A DNA stretch of 64,000 nucleotides from NCBI RefSeq assembly GCF_040938485.1, contig NW_027271411.1, positions 496,001 through 560,000 on the forward strand. Direction: 5' to 3'. A model generated the notes under the pieces. The model made no database searches and was not told the origin of the DNA. It was given only the letters and a program-made list of their open reading frames with translations. The translations under genes and the position numbers were made by a program. Numbering within the stretch: the stretch's first letter is position 1; every line of letters begins with the position of its first letter. Positions 37,020-48,400 of the stretch are shown one piece after another. The DNA comes from Diadema antillarum. Taxonomy: Eukaryota.

Positions 37020-40000
37020 TTACACATCTCCTTCCAACAAAAGGCACAACTTGCTGATAGGCCGCGTATAAGCACCCAACTTTGTCTTCACTTCTACGCT
37101 GCGAACGTAGCCCTCAGCATCTGGTAGTGTGCGCGTCACTCTCCCCAGCAACCAGGTGTTTCGTGGCAATGTCTGGTCCACCAGCAGCACCAAGTCACCA
37201 ACCTGGAGATTGCGTTGTGGCTCCACCCACTTCTGCCTCTGCTGCAACTGGGGAAGATATTCTTTCGTCCATCTGCGCCAGAACAGATCTGACATGTACT
37301 GCACCTGACGCCATCTTCGTCTGGCATACACATCAGTCTCTCGGGTCACCGTTGGTGGTAGTTGTGGTTGTGACTTCATTAGAAGCAGATGGTTTGGAGT
37401 TAATGCTTCTAAATCAGTTGGGTCATCTGACACCTTGGTAATGGGCCTCCCATTAATGATGGCTTCTGCTTCGCAAAGGAGTGTCTGCAAACCTTCGTCA
37501 TCTAGTGTCTGCTGCTTTACAAGGTTAAACAGCAACTCTCTCACCGTGCGTATCTGTCGTTCCCAGACGCCGCCATGATGTGAGCCCCTGGGAGGATTGC
37601 AGCTCCACTGTATGTTGTGTTGCAGCAGTGCATCGTTGATCTGTGCTTGATTCCATGCATCTATCTCTCGTTTCAGTTCTCTTTTTGCTCCAACCAGATT
37701 AGTGCCATTGTCAGATCTCATTACGTGCACTGCACCTCTCCGTGCAATGAACCTTCTAATGGCTGCGATGCATGAATCTGTACTGAGACTGTCAGCCTTC
37801 TCGATATGCACTGCTCTGACTGCAAGGCATGTGAACATCACACCATATCTTTTCACAACTGAACGTCCTCTCTTCACATCCAGTGGGCCAAAGAAATCGA
37901 CACCTACCCTTGTGAATGGAGGATCATCGGGCTTGATTCTGTCAGCTGGTAAGTCTGCCATCTTCTGCTGAAGAACCTTTGCTCGGTTACGTCTGCATTG
38001 GATACAGGTCCCCGTTATCTTCCGGACGGCAGAATTTGCACTTGGCATCCAGTAGTTCTGGTGAAGTCGAGCCAGTACGTAGTTTCTCCCACTGTGCCCT
38101 GACATCTTGTGTATGTGTTCTAGGATCAACTTTGACACATGACTCTTCTTAGGGAGAATTACAGGATGTTTCACATTCATGGGAAGTGAACCTCGACTCA
38201 GCCTTCCTCCAACTCTCAGCAGGCCCTCATCCAGCTCTGGGTCAAGTCTATAGATAGGACTTGTTCTTTTCACTCGTGTTTTCCGTTCTCCTTTACTTGC
38301 TGTTTGGATTGAGCCTTCGTTCTGTAGTCCCTCAATTTCACATGGGAATGCTTCACTCTGGGCAAAACCCACAATCTTTGCTTCTGCAGCTTGCATTTCC
38401 TGAAGTGTCAGTCTCCCTTTCAGGGATTCATCTTGAGAAGTGGTCTGCTCCTTCTTCTGACTCATCCATTTCACAAATCGCCTCAACCAGCACACTGCCC
38501 TTTTCAGTCTCATCCAGTCTGAGTAGTGATGGATAAGTTCGCTTGTGGGATTTGAAGTTTCCTCTTTGGTCACTTCCGTGGCAAGGCATGTTTTCTTCAA
38601 TTCCAATTCAACATGCAGATTGCTTGGCGAGACTTCGCTTCTTGTCAGCCACTCCTCATCTGGTGTTTGGAGGAACTCTGGGCCTTCCTTCCAGACATCT
38701 GACTGCAGAAACTTATTCGCTTCGATTCCTCTTGAACACATGTCGGCAGGATTAAGTGAAGACTCCACATACCTCCACTGGTTTGGTTTGGATCCATCTC
38801 GAATCACTGCCACCCTGTTCGCTACGAATGTCTTGAATCGTGACGTGTCGTTATTTATGTAGCCAAGAACAGTCATACTATCAGTCCAGAAGAAGGTCTC
38901 ATCTACCAAGATGTCAAGCTCTTGCTTGATCATGTGGTCAACCCTGACCGCTACAGTTGCTGCTGTCAATTCCATTCTAGGAATAGACACCTCCTTCAGT
39001 GGTGCAACTCTAGCTTTGCTCGTCACAAACTTCACCTGTACTCTTTCTGCATTTTTCCATCGCAGATATGTGACGCTGCCATAGCCTTTTTCACTGGCAT
39101 CACAGAAATGATGCAGGGTGACTGACTCTGGCTCAAAATCTGGCGGTTTCAAGCATCTTGCCATCTTGAACTCCATCAGCCTTGGTAGTTCGGTCTTCCA
39201 GGTGTGCCATTTCCTCAGCAAGTCCGGTGCAATCTTGGCGTCCCAGCCCAACCGAGATCTACATAGCACTTGGAGCAACTGTTTGGCTGGCAACACAACT
39301 GGTGCTACACATCCTATGGGATCATACACAGAGCTCACAGTGGATAAAATCCCTCTTCTTGTCTCAGGTTTGTCCTTCAGATTGATCGTCACACCCAGCG
39401 TATCTTCATTTGTAGACCACACAATACCCAGTGCCTTCTCATTGATCTCATTCTTGACATCTAAGCTCAAGTCTCGAACACTCTTTGCTCTTTCCTCCAC
39501 TGGGATCTTGGCTAGCAACTCTGGCTCATTGCATAGCCACTTCGTCAGACGAAATCCCCTTCCTCTGCAGATCTCTGTCAAGTCTGACACCAATTTCTCA
39601 GCCTCCTGTACACTCTGCGTTGAGCACAAACAGTCATCGACGTAGAAGTTTCGATGCACAGTACGAATGACCTCATCTGAGAAGCTACCTGTCTGGTCCT
39701 GTGCTGCTCTTTTCAAGGCAAAGTTGGCACATGATGGTGATGATACAGCACCGAAGACGTGTACCTTCATTCTGTGCTCTGTCAAAGGTCGCTCAATGTC
39801 GCCGTTCTCCCACCACAGAAATCTCAACATGTCTCTGTCTCTTTTAGGTACACGGATCTGTGAGAACATGCCCTCTATGTCTGCTTGCATTGCCACTCTG
39901 TCTTGACGAAATCTGGTCAATACTCCAAACAACTTGTTTGCAAGATCCGGCCCCTGTAGCAGCTCCCTATTGAGAGAGAAGTCTCCATACTCAGCTGAGC

Positions 40001-42305
40001 AATCAAAGACGACCCGCAGCTTCCCTTTTTGAGGATGTACCACACCATGATGGGGAAGATACCACACTCTTCCATCATTTCTTTGTATTTCTTCCTCAGG
40101 TACTTTCTCCATGTACTCTTTCTTCATCATGAAGTCTACAAAGTCTGTGTATTCCCTTTTGAAGTCTGCTTGTCGTTCAAACCTTCTCTTCAAATGGCCT
40201 GCTCGCTGCATTGCTTGAAGTTTGTTATTTGGCAACTTCACATCGTCTCTACGGAAGGGAAGAGCTATCTCATAATGACCATCTTCCAGCTTCATCGACT
40301 GCTCTACCTTCTTGATGAAGATTAAGTCTTCCTGTGACTTCTCTTCCTTGTCATCAATGATCCTTTCATTGAAATCTTGATTGAACAGCCTTTCAAACTG
40401 CTGGTCAATGTCGGCCTTAGCCTTCACTCTGTGAGACTGGATTTTGTTTCCTTTAGCTCCATCCCTCGATACACCGTACACCAGCCATCCAAGAACTGTT
40501 CTGCATGCAAAGGGCCCATTTGGAACTTCACTGCTTATCACCTCTAATGGCTCCATTGCCCTCGGAACATTGCTTCCTATTAGCAATCCAACGTGCGCCT
40601 CTTCTGCTAAGGAAGGCATTTCGATGTTCTGCAGATAGTGCCACTTCTGCACATCCTCTTGCCTAGGAATGTCTTCCTTGTCTACTGGTATGTACTGTTG
40701 TGAGTAAACTTCTGGCAGTCGTATGATGTTGCGTCCTTGCATATCCATAACCTCTAGGTCTCTCAACACTTGGCTGGTTGTAATCTTTTCGTCTGTCATG
40801 GTAGACATGTGGAGGTTGATCGTCTTGCCTTGCACATTCAACGTTGTTGCCAGCTTTTCTGTACAGAAGACCGCGTTACTGCCAGAGTCGATGAACGCAT
40901 ATGTCTCTGTGCACACGCCTGTCCTTCGTGAGCGTACTCTGACAGGCACAATGCCTGGCAAGGTGTCATTTCCTGGTGAACTTGTGTTTAAGCTGCACTT
41001 AATTGTGTTTGATGCCACCGCTTGATTTTTGTTCTCACTATTCTGTTGTGGCTGCTGTGTAATAGTGGCAGAAGCCTCTGGTTCTATAGCTTGCTGCTGA
41101 GTGCCAGCCGAGTTGTTCTCCCTTTTAGGTTGATCCACCTTAAACTCCCTATGCAGCACTGTTGGGTGTTGTTTGCTACAAATGCTGCACTTCAATCTCC
41201 TCTTGCAATTTCTTGCAAAGTGGGCAGCACCTTGAAGACAGCTAAAGCACAGACCTTCTTTTTTGCAAAATGACAGGCGGTCTTCATATGGCTTGGATGC
41301 GAGCAATGTGCAATCAGCCAGAGCATGTGTCCCTCTGCTGCAGAACAAGCACACTTCCTTCTTGCTCTCTGCTTTTGCTGCAGGCATCGCTGATGTGCTG
41401 AAACTTGATTTGCCTGCACTTGCAGACACCTTGCCTGTGCCTACGAATTTTGCTGGTGGTTTAGCCTGGTACTTCAGATTCCCATACACCGGATTCGTTG
41501 CAATCCTTGCTTGCTTGGCGATGAATGACACCACATCATCAAAGGTTATGTTGCCTTGCTTCTCCTCTTGGATGTCATCTGCTCGATTTCTCCATTTATC
41601 CCTCAGCTTGTATGGGAGCTTTCCAATGATCAGCCTTATGTTGTGAGAGTGGTTGACCTCTGACTCCATGTTGAGGTCCCTTGCAAGATTGTGCAGCTCG
41701 GTTACGAAAATCGAGAAGCGATGAAGTTCTTCTCCATCTTCTGGTTTGATGTCAGGCCATTGCACTGCTTTCATCATCATTGTCTCTACGATGAGCTGCC
41801 TATTGCCAAATTTCCTTCGCAGCAAATCTTTTGCCTTTCTGTAGGCCACAGTCTGGTCTTGGCCGTACATGCAGCTTTTCACGATGGCATTGGCTTCCCC
41901 CAATGTGTATTGGTCCAAATAATACAGCCGATCAGAGTCACTGTAAGTCTTAGCTTCGATGGTATGTTCGAATGCTCGCACGAAGGAGTGGTAATGTAGT
42001 GGGTCTCCTGTGAATGGTTTCACCTGCTTTTGTGGCAGAGAGGCCTTCATGTTTTGCTCAACAAGCATCCTCATCAGCTGATTCTGTTGCTGTAGAAATG
42101 ACAACATTGCTGCATTTTCCATTCCTGCAGCACTAGCTGGTGCTGACATTTCCTCATGTGCGTTTCCATTTGCATGCATATTAAGTGGCTGCATTCTTGA
42201 AAAGCCTGTTTCTAAGCTCTCTGGTGTCCTGAGTGGACTCGATGGTTGAGGCATGTATGGGTCTTGATGATACATTGGATAATCATCCGACGTCTGCTCA
42301 TCCAT
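37020..42305 (-). CDS. BEL/Pao Gag-Pol polyprotein, 1761 aa
   Basis: DUF1759-type gag (LPQKQVKPFTGDPLHY), three Cys/His knuckles (CLFC..H..C, CFSC..H..C, CSIC..H..H), protease FIDSGS, RT YLPHHGV/ADIEGMF/FYVDD, RNase H HHFCDASEKGYG, integrase H-H-C-C, VDFFGP, SDNGTN, GGVWER, and a C-terminal VGDLVLL..W.LGRV domain. Domain order PR-RT-RH-IN. Confidence 0.97.
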   Translation of the reverse strand: MDEQTSDDYPMYHQDPYMPQPSSPLRTPESLETGFSRMQPLNMHANGNAHEEMSAPASAAGMENAAMLSFLQQQNQLMRMLVEQNMKASLPQKQVKPFTGDPLHYHSFVRAFEHTIEAKTYSDSDRLYYLDQYTLGEANAIVKSCMYGQDQTVAYRKAKDLLRRKFGNRQLIVETMMMKAVQWPDIKPEDGEELHRFSIFVTELHNLARDLNMESEVNHSHNIRLIIGKLPYKLRDKWRNRADDIQEEKQGNITFDDVVSFIAKQARIATNPVYGNLKYQAKPPAKFVGTGKVSASAGKSSFSTSAMPAAKAESKKEVCLFCSRGTHALADCTLLASKPYEDRLSFCKKEGLCFSCLQGAAHFARNCKRRLKCSICSKQHPTVLHREFKVDQPKRENNSAGTQQQAIEPEASATITQQPQQNSENKNQAVASNTIKCSLNTSSPGNDTLPGIVPVRVRSRRTGVCTETYAFIDSGSNAVFCTEKLATTLNVQGKTINLHMSTMTDEKITTSQVLRDLEVMDMQGRNIIRLPEVYSQQYIPVDKEDIPRQEDVQKWHYLQNIEMPSLAEEAHVGLLIGSNVPRAMEPLEVISSEVPNGPFACRTVLGWLVYGVSRDGAKGNKIQSHRVKAKADIDQQFERLFNQDFNERIIDDKEEKSQEDLIFIKKVEQSMKLEDGHYEIALPFRRDDVKLPNNKLQAMQRAGHLKRRFERQADFKREYTDFVDFMMKKEYMEKVPEEEIQRNDGRVWYLPHHGVVHPQKGKLRVVFDCSAEYGDFSLNRELLQGPDLANKLFGVLTRFRQDRVAMQADIEGMFSQIRVPKRDRDMLRFLWWENGDIERPLTEHRMKVHVFGAVSSPSCANFALKRAAQDQTGSFSDEVIRTVHRNFYVDDCLCSTQSVQEAEKLVSDLTEICRGRGFRLTKWLCNEPELLAKIPVEERAKSVRDLSLDVKNEINEKALGIVWSTNEDTLGVTINLKDKPETRRGILSTVSSVYDPIGCVAPVVLPAKQLLQVLCRSRLGWDAKIAPDLLRKWHTWKTELPRLMEFKMARCLKPPDFEPESVTLHHFCDASEKGYGSVTYLRWKNAERVQVKFVTSKARVAPLKEVSIPRMELTAATVAVRVDHMIKQELDILVDETFFWTDSMTVLGYINNDTSRFKTFVANRVAVIRDGSKPNQWRYVESSLNPADMCSRGIEANKFLQSDVWKEGPEFLQTPDEEWLTRSEVSPSNLHVELELKKTCLATEVTKEETSNPTSELIHHYSDWMRLKRAVCWLRRFVKWMSQKKEQTTSQDESLKGRLTLQEMQAAEAKIVGFAQSEAFPCEIEGLQNEGSIQTASKGERKTRVKRTSPIYRLDPELDEGLLRVGGRLSRGSLPMNVKHPVILPKKSHVSKLILEHIHKMSGHSGRNYVLARLHQNYWMPSANSAVRKITGTCIQCRRNRAKVLQQKMADLPADRIKPDDPPFTRVGVDFFGPLDVKRGRSVVKRYGVMFTCLAVRAVHIEKADSLSTDSCIAAIRRFIARRGAVHVMRSDNGTNLVGAKRELKREIDAWNQAQINDALLQHNIQWSCNPPRGSHHGGVWERQIRTVRELLFNLVKQQTLDDEGLQTLLCEAEAIINGRPITKVSDDPTDLEALTPNHLLLMKSQPQLPPTVTRETDVYARRRWRQVQYMSDLFWRRWTKEYLPQLQQRQKWVEPQRNLQVGDLVLLVDQTLPRNTWLLGRVTRTLPDAEGYVRSVEVKTKLGAYTRPISKLCLLLEGDV

Positions 42306-42971
42306 CTTTACAAATGGCTATCTGAAGTCACTTTGCTCCCAAATAAGCAAACGTGAACTAAACCTTGAAACTTGCTGCTTGCTTCCAGCCTGTTTCACTC
42401 TTAGTCCTGGTACTGCTTCATCAAGTCTTATCCAAAACTTGTTTAATCCTGGCCTTGCATTTACACTGTAATGTTTGCAAGTAATGTCCTTCAGGATTTC
42501 TGTAGTCCTGGCCTTGCTTAAAATATCATCCAAGACTATGCTGCTTTGGTCCTCCTACTATCTTCAATACCGGTACTAGACTGTCGACTGTAGGTCTAGT
42601 CCAAGCTGGCTTCCAGCTGTACTGGTACCAAAGCAATTTGTGTACTGTATTAGTCCTAGCCTTGTTTATGACTGCTCGTAAGCTGTAGAGCTCTAGATCC
42701 TTCCTTATTCCAAGGCTCTACAAACAGTTGGTCCTCCAACACTAAGATCCAGACGGTCCAAAGTCCATACTACCATGGAGTTGTAAGAGTAAGACCACTT
42801 TCTATCCAATTGCAGTCAATATCCAGTTCGGACTGGGTATAACAGTACTCTCACATTAATATAAGATCTATTTCCAGACCTCTTCTCCTTTTAGTCTTCC
42901 AGTCCAAGATTCTTCCACCATAGACTAGGTACTAGTCAATGTGGCCTTGTGTCGACATCTATTTGCTAATA

Positions 42972-43450
42972 TAGTCTTGGCCTTTTACTTGCAGATCTGT
43001 TCCACGACTATACTCAGTAAAGTCCTGGCCTTGTGTTTACTCAGATCTGTTCCAAATCCAAGACTCCTTCACTTTAGCATTTAGTCCTGGCCTGTATACT
43101 TGCAGATCTGTTCCAAGACTCATTGTACTTTAAGTACCCTGGTACTTAGATCTAGTCCTGGCCTTAAGTACTAGCAGTAGCAGATCTGTCCCAAGACTCC
43201 TTCACTTTAGCATTTAGTCCTGGCCTGTAATGCTGTATACTTGCAGATCTGTTCCAAGACTCATTGTACTTTAATAAAGTACTTAGATCTAGTCCTGGCC
43301 TTAAGTACTAGCAGTAGCAGATCTGTTCCAAGACTCCTTCGTAGAGACTAACGTTAGAGTACTTAGTCCTGGCCTTTCTTGCAGATCCGTTCCAAGACTC
43401 CTTCACTTTAATACTTAGTCCTGGCCTTCATTGCAGATCTGTTCCAAGAC
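42972..43450 (-). repeat. Bipartite degenerate tandem array in the retrotransposon 5' leader
   Basis: Eight units of box A (TAGTCCTGGCCT) plus box B (GCAGATCTGTTCCAAGACT) with variable spacers; period ~49-82 bp. Confidence 0.9.
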
Positions 43451-43734
43451 ACTGTCACTTTAACGTTAGTACCGATTGCAGGTAGGCCTACTAGACCAGT
43501 CCTGGCCTTACATTGAAAGAGTTAGACTTTCTTTCCTTTCATCATTCATATTCCAAGACTAAATCTAGATGTCTAACTAGCCATACTTGTACTTGGTAGG
43601 ACTGGTTTAATTACTTCACTGTATCCACTGAAGTCGCCTCTGTTCCAGTTCATGTTGAGACTCACTGTTTCCACCCAATCAGTTCTGTCACTACACAGTC
43701 TCATTCTCCAAACGAGGCAATCTTTCAACTGAAA

Positions 43735-44374
43735 TGTAGCTGCTGGTTATTGCTACTGACTCTTATATGCTGTAATGTATGATACCCGGGCACTTTGTGT
43801 AATCTTGGGTTGGCTCTTTCTTGTCACGCCACTCTTCCGCCGATCCGTCTCCCGATTTCCACTTCCATTCACACTTCATCATCCGATCATCACACACACT
43901 GATGCTCTGTACACACTTGCGCTGTTCTGGCACGGTACGGTACTCACAAACTTGCAGCGAATCACGATCAAGTAACTGTGCTGTGGTATTGTCCACCGTG
44001 TTCTTTAATGCATCGTTTCACGTCTGACTCACTATTTTCTACACTTGAACACTTGAGACACGATCGAGCATCAATGAAGGTCAACACGATGAATTCTTCA
44101 CTGCCTGTCTGTTCTACATCCTTACATGATTACCGAGCAGAAAAGGTGAAAAGGTGGAAAGGCGGTACAAAGTGGGAAAAGCAGAAGTAGGAGGTTGAAA
44201 GATTGTGCGCCTCCCCCGGGTCACAATCACAGCATCCCTGCCCGTTTCCGTTAGCCAAGTCCTCTCTTCTCTTTATATGTGGAGTCTGTACTGCCTATTA
44301 TACTAGTGAGATGCTGTATGCATTTTCAGATTCGACCACAAGGTGGCGCTATTCCTGTTAAATCGGCAGTAACA
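43735..44374 (-). repeat. 5' LTR (640 bp)
   Basis: Minus strand starts TGTTACTGCC and ends CAGCTACA; TATAAA at 44277-44272; ATTAAA near 44005. Confidence 0.95.
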
Positions 44375-44390
44375 TCGGGGGATTGCAATT

Positions 44391-44633
44391 GAAGAGTTTG
44401 TTCGCAAAAACCGATAAGTCCATATTTACCAAATGGAGATATTTGCAATTAAAGGTCAAGAAAAATAAAGAGAATAAGAAATTGTTTGCTTCTTTTGACC
44501 ATAACTTCAAAATGTACCTTTATATGTAGTGACCAATATGTCATTCAAAAGGTATCAAATTTTGTACTATGACACAGACCATACTTCCATATCTTCAAAA
44601 ATGGACTTATCGGTTTTGGTGAACAAACTCTTC
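44391..44633. mobile_element. MITE, Sola1-like (AATT TSD)
   Basis: AATT|GAAGAGTTTGTTCGC...GAACAAACTCTTC|AATT; an AWWT duplication is the recalled Sola1 preference. Confidence 0.7.
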
Positions 44634-45027
44634 AATTTTTCTCAGTGTATCGTAGTAAAAGGTCGGGGGAATACTTGCGTACATTTTGTGCAAGGACAAA
44701 AAAACAAAACAAAAACAAAAAAAAAAATTGTGGGGTGTTTGCTTGTTTGTTTTTATCTGTATAGTGTTCCACTATTGTAACTTTACTTACTAATATATTG
44801 TTGTAGAGTTCTTAACTGGAGAGGGCAGCACACCCAGTCAACAATACATATCTATGTATATATATATATCAGAGTCTCATGAAAAGTGATGACTTTTTAT
44901 ATATTATATAAAAAGCCGTGACTTTTGATGAGACTCTTTGATTTTCCTTACACTTTAACCAAGTTTCCCCATATTTTTGCATCCACTGAATCAGTTATCT
45001 ATGTTTGTTTGGGAAACTTCCTTTTAA

Positions 45028-45410
45028 AGGGTGTGTACAGTTCTGGTCGAGGTGAAGATTTAGCTTTTAACGTTTTGTGAGATATTCAGAAACCACTCTA
45101 TGAGATGTCAAAGAGCATGTGGTTCTAAGGGGTATCAAAAGTTTATTCGATGAAAATCGGTTTTGAAATGGCTGAGATATCCAAAAACAAGGTGAAACAA
45201 AGAGATACTAATAAAGTTGGGGCATGTCGCCTTTTATTATTAGCACTTTTTTGGATATCTCAGCCATTTTTAAACCAATTTTTATCAAATAAACGTTGAA
45301 TCCTTCTTAAAATCACATGCTCTTTCATATTTCATAGAAGGCTTTTCATTATCTCACTTAGGAATGTTCAAAACATGAATCCCTACCTCAACCAGTACTG
45401 TACAGTCCCT
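45028..45410. mobile_element. Kolobok-type MITE
   Basis: TTAA|AGGGTGTGTACAGTTCTGGTCGAGGT...ACCTCAACCAGTACTGTACAGTCCCT|TTAA. Confidence 0.75.
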
Positions 45411-48400
45411 TTAAAGGATATAATTATGAATCTGCTCTCAACACACAAACATATAATACACGTACTCCCTTATTTCATTGCTCATTTTTCTGCTGCATAG
45501 GAATACATAACATCATCAAAATTACAAAATATATAAGATATATGAGTGGCAAATGAAGCAAACTATGTTTCTTTCTTGTTTAATCATAATGAAAAAAATC
45601 ATGGTCCTTGGCAATAACATTTCATACAGTACTGTACATGCAGCATTCAAGACATTTGATGAAACTAGGCTCTGAAAATATATTGTAGCAAAATATTATG
45701 CAAAACCAATACAGGAAAGCAATATTTTTCACACAGCCTTTGGTTCTGCTCTATGTATTCAATTTTCAATGCTTCACATTTACTTGCCAGCAGTGTTGTC
45801 TCCTGTTACTTGTATCTCAGACAATAAAAGAGACTAGAGCATTACAAAATGGAAGAAAAAAATGAACAAAATCATTCTTGAACATAATGGAGTACACCAC
45901 AAAGGGTAGTGTCTGCTTCAAATGCCTATAGATGAACTCAGCATGCTGAATGCACTTACAGCAGTATAATTCATACATGTACAAATCAAAACATTGGATT
46001 TGTTATTGCACTGCCATGCAGCAATGTACACAGCCAGACACTTAAAGCACATCTTTCAAGGTCAAGGTCAAGCACTCCCTGTATACTGAAGACCTATGCA
46101 TACATGCAACAAAAACATGGGAAGGGCTGTTCCTGTCCACTGTCAAAACATGAGATACACTCATAATCTTCCTTTATTAGTCAGTGTGCCCCATTTGCAA
46201 CCCTGAAAACAGGTTCCTTTCATAAACTGGTATACTATAGAGGTAAGATAAATTCAGACTGTTCCTCACAATAAAACCGGAATCTTCTTCGTGATGGACA
46301 GAGAAACAATTCTTCCAGTGAATTTAGACAAAAATGTGCATTCGGACCTCGAAAAATTCAAAAAGTTTTTCTCAGTACAAAAGGGGAGCGTATTCTCAAG
46401 TGACATGGGGCTAATTTTCATTAAAAAAAACAGCAACAACTCTGAGACGTATTACTCTAAGATTTCATACAGATGTACATGATGTTGGGAGACATTATTC
46501 TTCAACCATGCAAAACTCTGTGATGTTTGCAATGGAATATGACATTTGACCCATTGTCTATGGAAAGCTGGTGGACTCTGTGCAAAGTGTACAGCCATTT
46601 CAGACTCTAGGTGCTGATGGGTTAATTTTAATTTTCATTTCACATTATTTGCATGCTGCCTTTGTCATGATGTATTCACACATTTTACATTACACATCTA
46701 AATTTCCTCAAAATCAAATACGGTAGACTACGTTACGTACCTACTAAGTCCTGAAACCTGAAATGATTCCACTGAAATAATGTAACCTAAATTGAAGATC
46801 ATGGGGCAATGAATTTGATCTGAAATGCAGCCCTGCATCTGAGATGTTCACTTCTAGGGTCTGGGAAATCAGAAACATTGCACTGTAACATCTAGACTTG
46901 ACAACAAAGTAGACATGTTGACCTATTCACATCATCATGTCATGAATATATGACATTTCATACTATAATATTTCAGCCAACTATTCATAAGGTTATACCA
47001 GCCAGAAGATAGGTTTACTATCATTCTGTCCTGAATACAGTGAATCAATATCCACATAACACAACATCAACATGCTTGAAGGAAGAAATTAACCCAAATA
47101 AAATAAAATTGTACATACATCACTGACATAGTGCAGTAGACTGCATGAACTGAAATTTCAGTCTGTAATTTCACACTTTGACCTGTAAAATTTTGATCTC
47201 AGTCTGCTGTTCTACCTTCTACTCAATCTGCTGCCTTGATTTATTTATTTTTTGACTCACAAAAGAAGATAAGATTTAATGTAAGTCATGAGATCATTCA
47301 TTTTACTTCTGTCCAACTGTCAACATGTTTGGACAAAAATGTCTTATATCTATAAATGTCTAACTAAAAAAAGGAGGTGTTTCAGTGGCTTGCTTGAAAT
47401 GCTGTGTATCGATGCCAGTCTGGTAAGGAGTATTGCAGCATTCTGAGGCCTGAAAATGCATATTTTTGGTGGAAACAACATTTTTCCTTTAATGCAATAG
47501 ACATGTGTGGTAATGCCATTTTGGGGAAAGACAGTATATTCCATGAAACCTGCAGTATTTTGGCCCCCCAAAAAATAGAAGACGAAGAAGAAAAAAAAAA
47601 TAGTGCAAAGAAAGAAACAATCGGCATCTCTGACTGTGGTATATGTGTATCAATGACAAGGCACTCTGTAAGACCAGTGCTAACACTAGATAAGCAACAC
47701 AGGGTAATGAATATTACACCATGACATATGTGACCCTGCATCACAAAACCAACAAAAAGTCGCCAGGCATTAATTTTTAGTTAAGGGCAAATTCTGAAAG
47801 AGCAGACTCTAAGCTTAAAAATGATAACTCAATTCAAATGTTAGTAAGAATGCACAAGTGGAAAAGTGTGAACTGAGAAAAGAGGCTCTGAAGTAAAGGG
47901 TCTATTCAAGCACTTAATCTTTACTAAGCCGTGAGAACTGTGCGATGAATGGATGTTAACCACAGGAGCAACAACAATGAAAGGATTATCAGATAAAGCT
48001 GAAATTAAGCATGCTTTATTAACACATTCTGTCCATGATTAATGTCAACTTTCAAAGCAGTAGCATTTTGCTTTCAAAAGTTATCATAGTTGAAAGTGAA
48101 GAGTGTGCAAAGGATATGAAAAGGGGCCTCTAAGACATACCTGATCACACTACTCCACAAAAAAGGGTTGTAGAAAAACTGCTGAAAACACACTTTCCGA
48201 TTCATTTTATGATCCCAAACTTAGGAATAATGTAAAAGAAGAATAGCTCTTTAAGAAAACACGAGAAACTCAAGACTGTCTTGGTTGACCTGTTTCACCT
48301 TTTTTGAGTCCTCATGTAAAATCAGGGGGTGAGACTTTTTGCTGGCTTTGTGATGCACGGTCACATATACACTTGTACCATCCATGCATAGTGCCCAGTG

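Larger units (their letters stand above)
34081..44374 (-). mobile_element. Complete BEL/Pao LTR retrotransposon (10,294 bp)
   Basis: TG...CA LTRs at 43735-44374 (5') and 34081-34711 (3'), TSD TCGGG (34076-34080, 44375-44379), PPT AAGGGGCCGGAA next to the 3' LTR, intact gag-pol. Confidence 0.97.

Noticed and set aside
42318-42533. In-frame upstream ORF with amber read-through into gag-pol
   Set aside because: It is in frame, 12 nt before the AUG, but it starts with TTG, has no ATG, is closed by another TAG at 42555, and is built from leader repeats.
42972-43450. CRISPR array interpretation of the repeat-spacer leader
   Set aside because: Eukaryotic retrotransposon context, no cas genes, bipartite repeats, unequal spacer lengths, and spacers that are duplicates of one another (units 3-4 repeated as 5-6).
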